From Planctomycetota bacterium (GTDB lineage: Bacteria; Planctomycetota; PLA2; JAEUHO01), in contig CBDCWP010000010.1 of assembly GCA_965223505.1 (NCBI GenBank), positions 96,001-160,000 of the forward strand: a stretch of DNA of 64,000 nucleotides, given 5' to 3'. How positions within the stretch are numbered: the stretch's first letter is position 1; each line of letters opens with the position of its first letter. This document shows positions 63,340-64,000 of the stretch, in pieces. The notes beneath the pieces were generated by a model that was given only the letters and a program-made list of their open reading frames with translations, ran no database searches and was not told where the DNA came from. A program made the position numbers and the translations under genes.

Positions 63340-64000
63340 ATGCGTCGCCATCTCGCCCTCGTTTGCGTTCTGCTCCTCGGCGCCTGCGGGGAGCCTCCCC
63401 GGGAGGAACGCCACGAAGAAGCGCGGGCCTACGACCAGGTCGAGGTGCCGGAGGCCACGAGCCTATCGGGGCGCGCGATCGAGCGGCGCGAGGACGGCCC
63501 CTGGACGGTGCGCCGGGCGGCGGCCCCCGGACCGGCAAACGGAGCCGAGGAGAAGGCGCGCTTCTCCGGGGCGATGGGTGGCCCGCCCTCCGGGCCGGCC
63601 GGATCGGTCGAGGCGCCGGTGATGAAGGACGAGGAGATCGACGATCACGTCGAGACCGACCACGATCTGCCGCTCGCGGAAGGCGACCCGGAGGACGCGT
63701 CGGAGGCCGGCCTGTCCGACGCCCCGTTCGAGGGGCCGAGCAGCACGGGCGTGGTGGGCGTCGCCGGTGGCGGGGGCGCGCCCCGGCCGAGAGCGCCCGC
63801 GAGGACCGAACGCATGCGTGGACGCCTCGGCAGCGCCGGCACCCCGCTGAAGGCCGGCACCACCGATGACAACGAGCAGTTCGACGCCTTTCTCGAGTTT
63901 CTCGCGACGTGGTCCGACCGGGACGGCGTTGCCGATCGTTACGATCCGATCGACGTGCGCGACCGTCGCTATGTGCGCGTCGTCGACGGCAAGGGCGACA
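63340..64000 (+). CDS. Lipoprotein, 3'-truncated by the window edge; possibly a vWA-domain protein
   Basis: GGAGG RBS; MRRHLALVCVLLLGA-C; frame open to the end; LKAGTTDDNEQFDAFLEFL..DVRDRRYVRVVDGKG. Absent from the ORF track because no stop lies in the window. Confidence 0.7.
   Translation, partial: MRRHLALVCVLLLGACGEPPREERHEEARAYDQVEVPEATSLSGRAIERREDGPWTVRRAAAPGPANGAEEKARFSGAMGGPPSGPAGSVEAPVMKDEEIDDHVETDHDLPLAEGDPEDASEAGLSDAPFEGPSSTGVVGVAGGGGAPRPRAPARTERMRGRLGSAGTPLKAGTTDDNEQFDAFLEFLATWSDRDGVADRYDPIDVRDRRYVRVVDGKGD

Overview
High-GC bacterial chromosomal DNA. The two ECF-sigma/Ser-Thr-kinase pairs, ASPIC/UnbV protein with dockerin-like tail, DUF1080 protein and many lipoproteins suggest Planctomycetota (inference). 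Layout: (1) 1-10.5 kb, a plastic region with a degenerate 1338-bp IS3/IS481-like element (TGT...ACA ends, CCG duplication), gene remnants (RCK/TrkA, second OsmC), a beta-helix protein, and a SET/post-SET methyltransferase convergent with a 31-aa Lys-rich histone-tail-like ORF. (2) 10.9-32.9 kb, transport, signalling and envelope genes, including two ECF-kinase modules and a DEAD-box helicase. (3) 33.2-45.9 kb, an intact operon for alternative complex III (actABCDEF), SCO, an A2-type heme-copper oxidase (order I-III-IV-II) and heme O synthase. (4) 47-51.7 kb, a large Ig-like/Gly-rich lipoprotein and a sulfatase-like lipoprotein, both with several frameshifts, with a CsoR/RicR-type palindrome upstream of the latter. 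(5) 51.8-58.8 kb, a PA14/propeller/DUF1080 protein divergent from Gfo/Idh/MocA, MFS and a DEGS-like desaturase. (6) 59-64 kb, miscellaneous genes including a membrane-anchored MutS-like ATPase. No rRNA, tRNA or CRISPR array was seen. All family calls come from motif recognition by eye; no database search was run.
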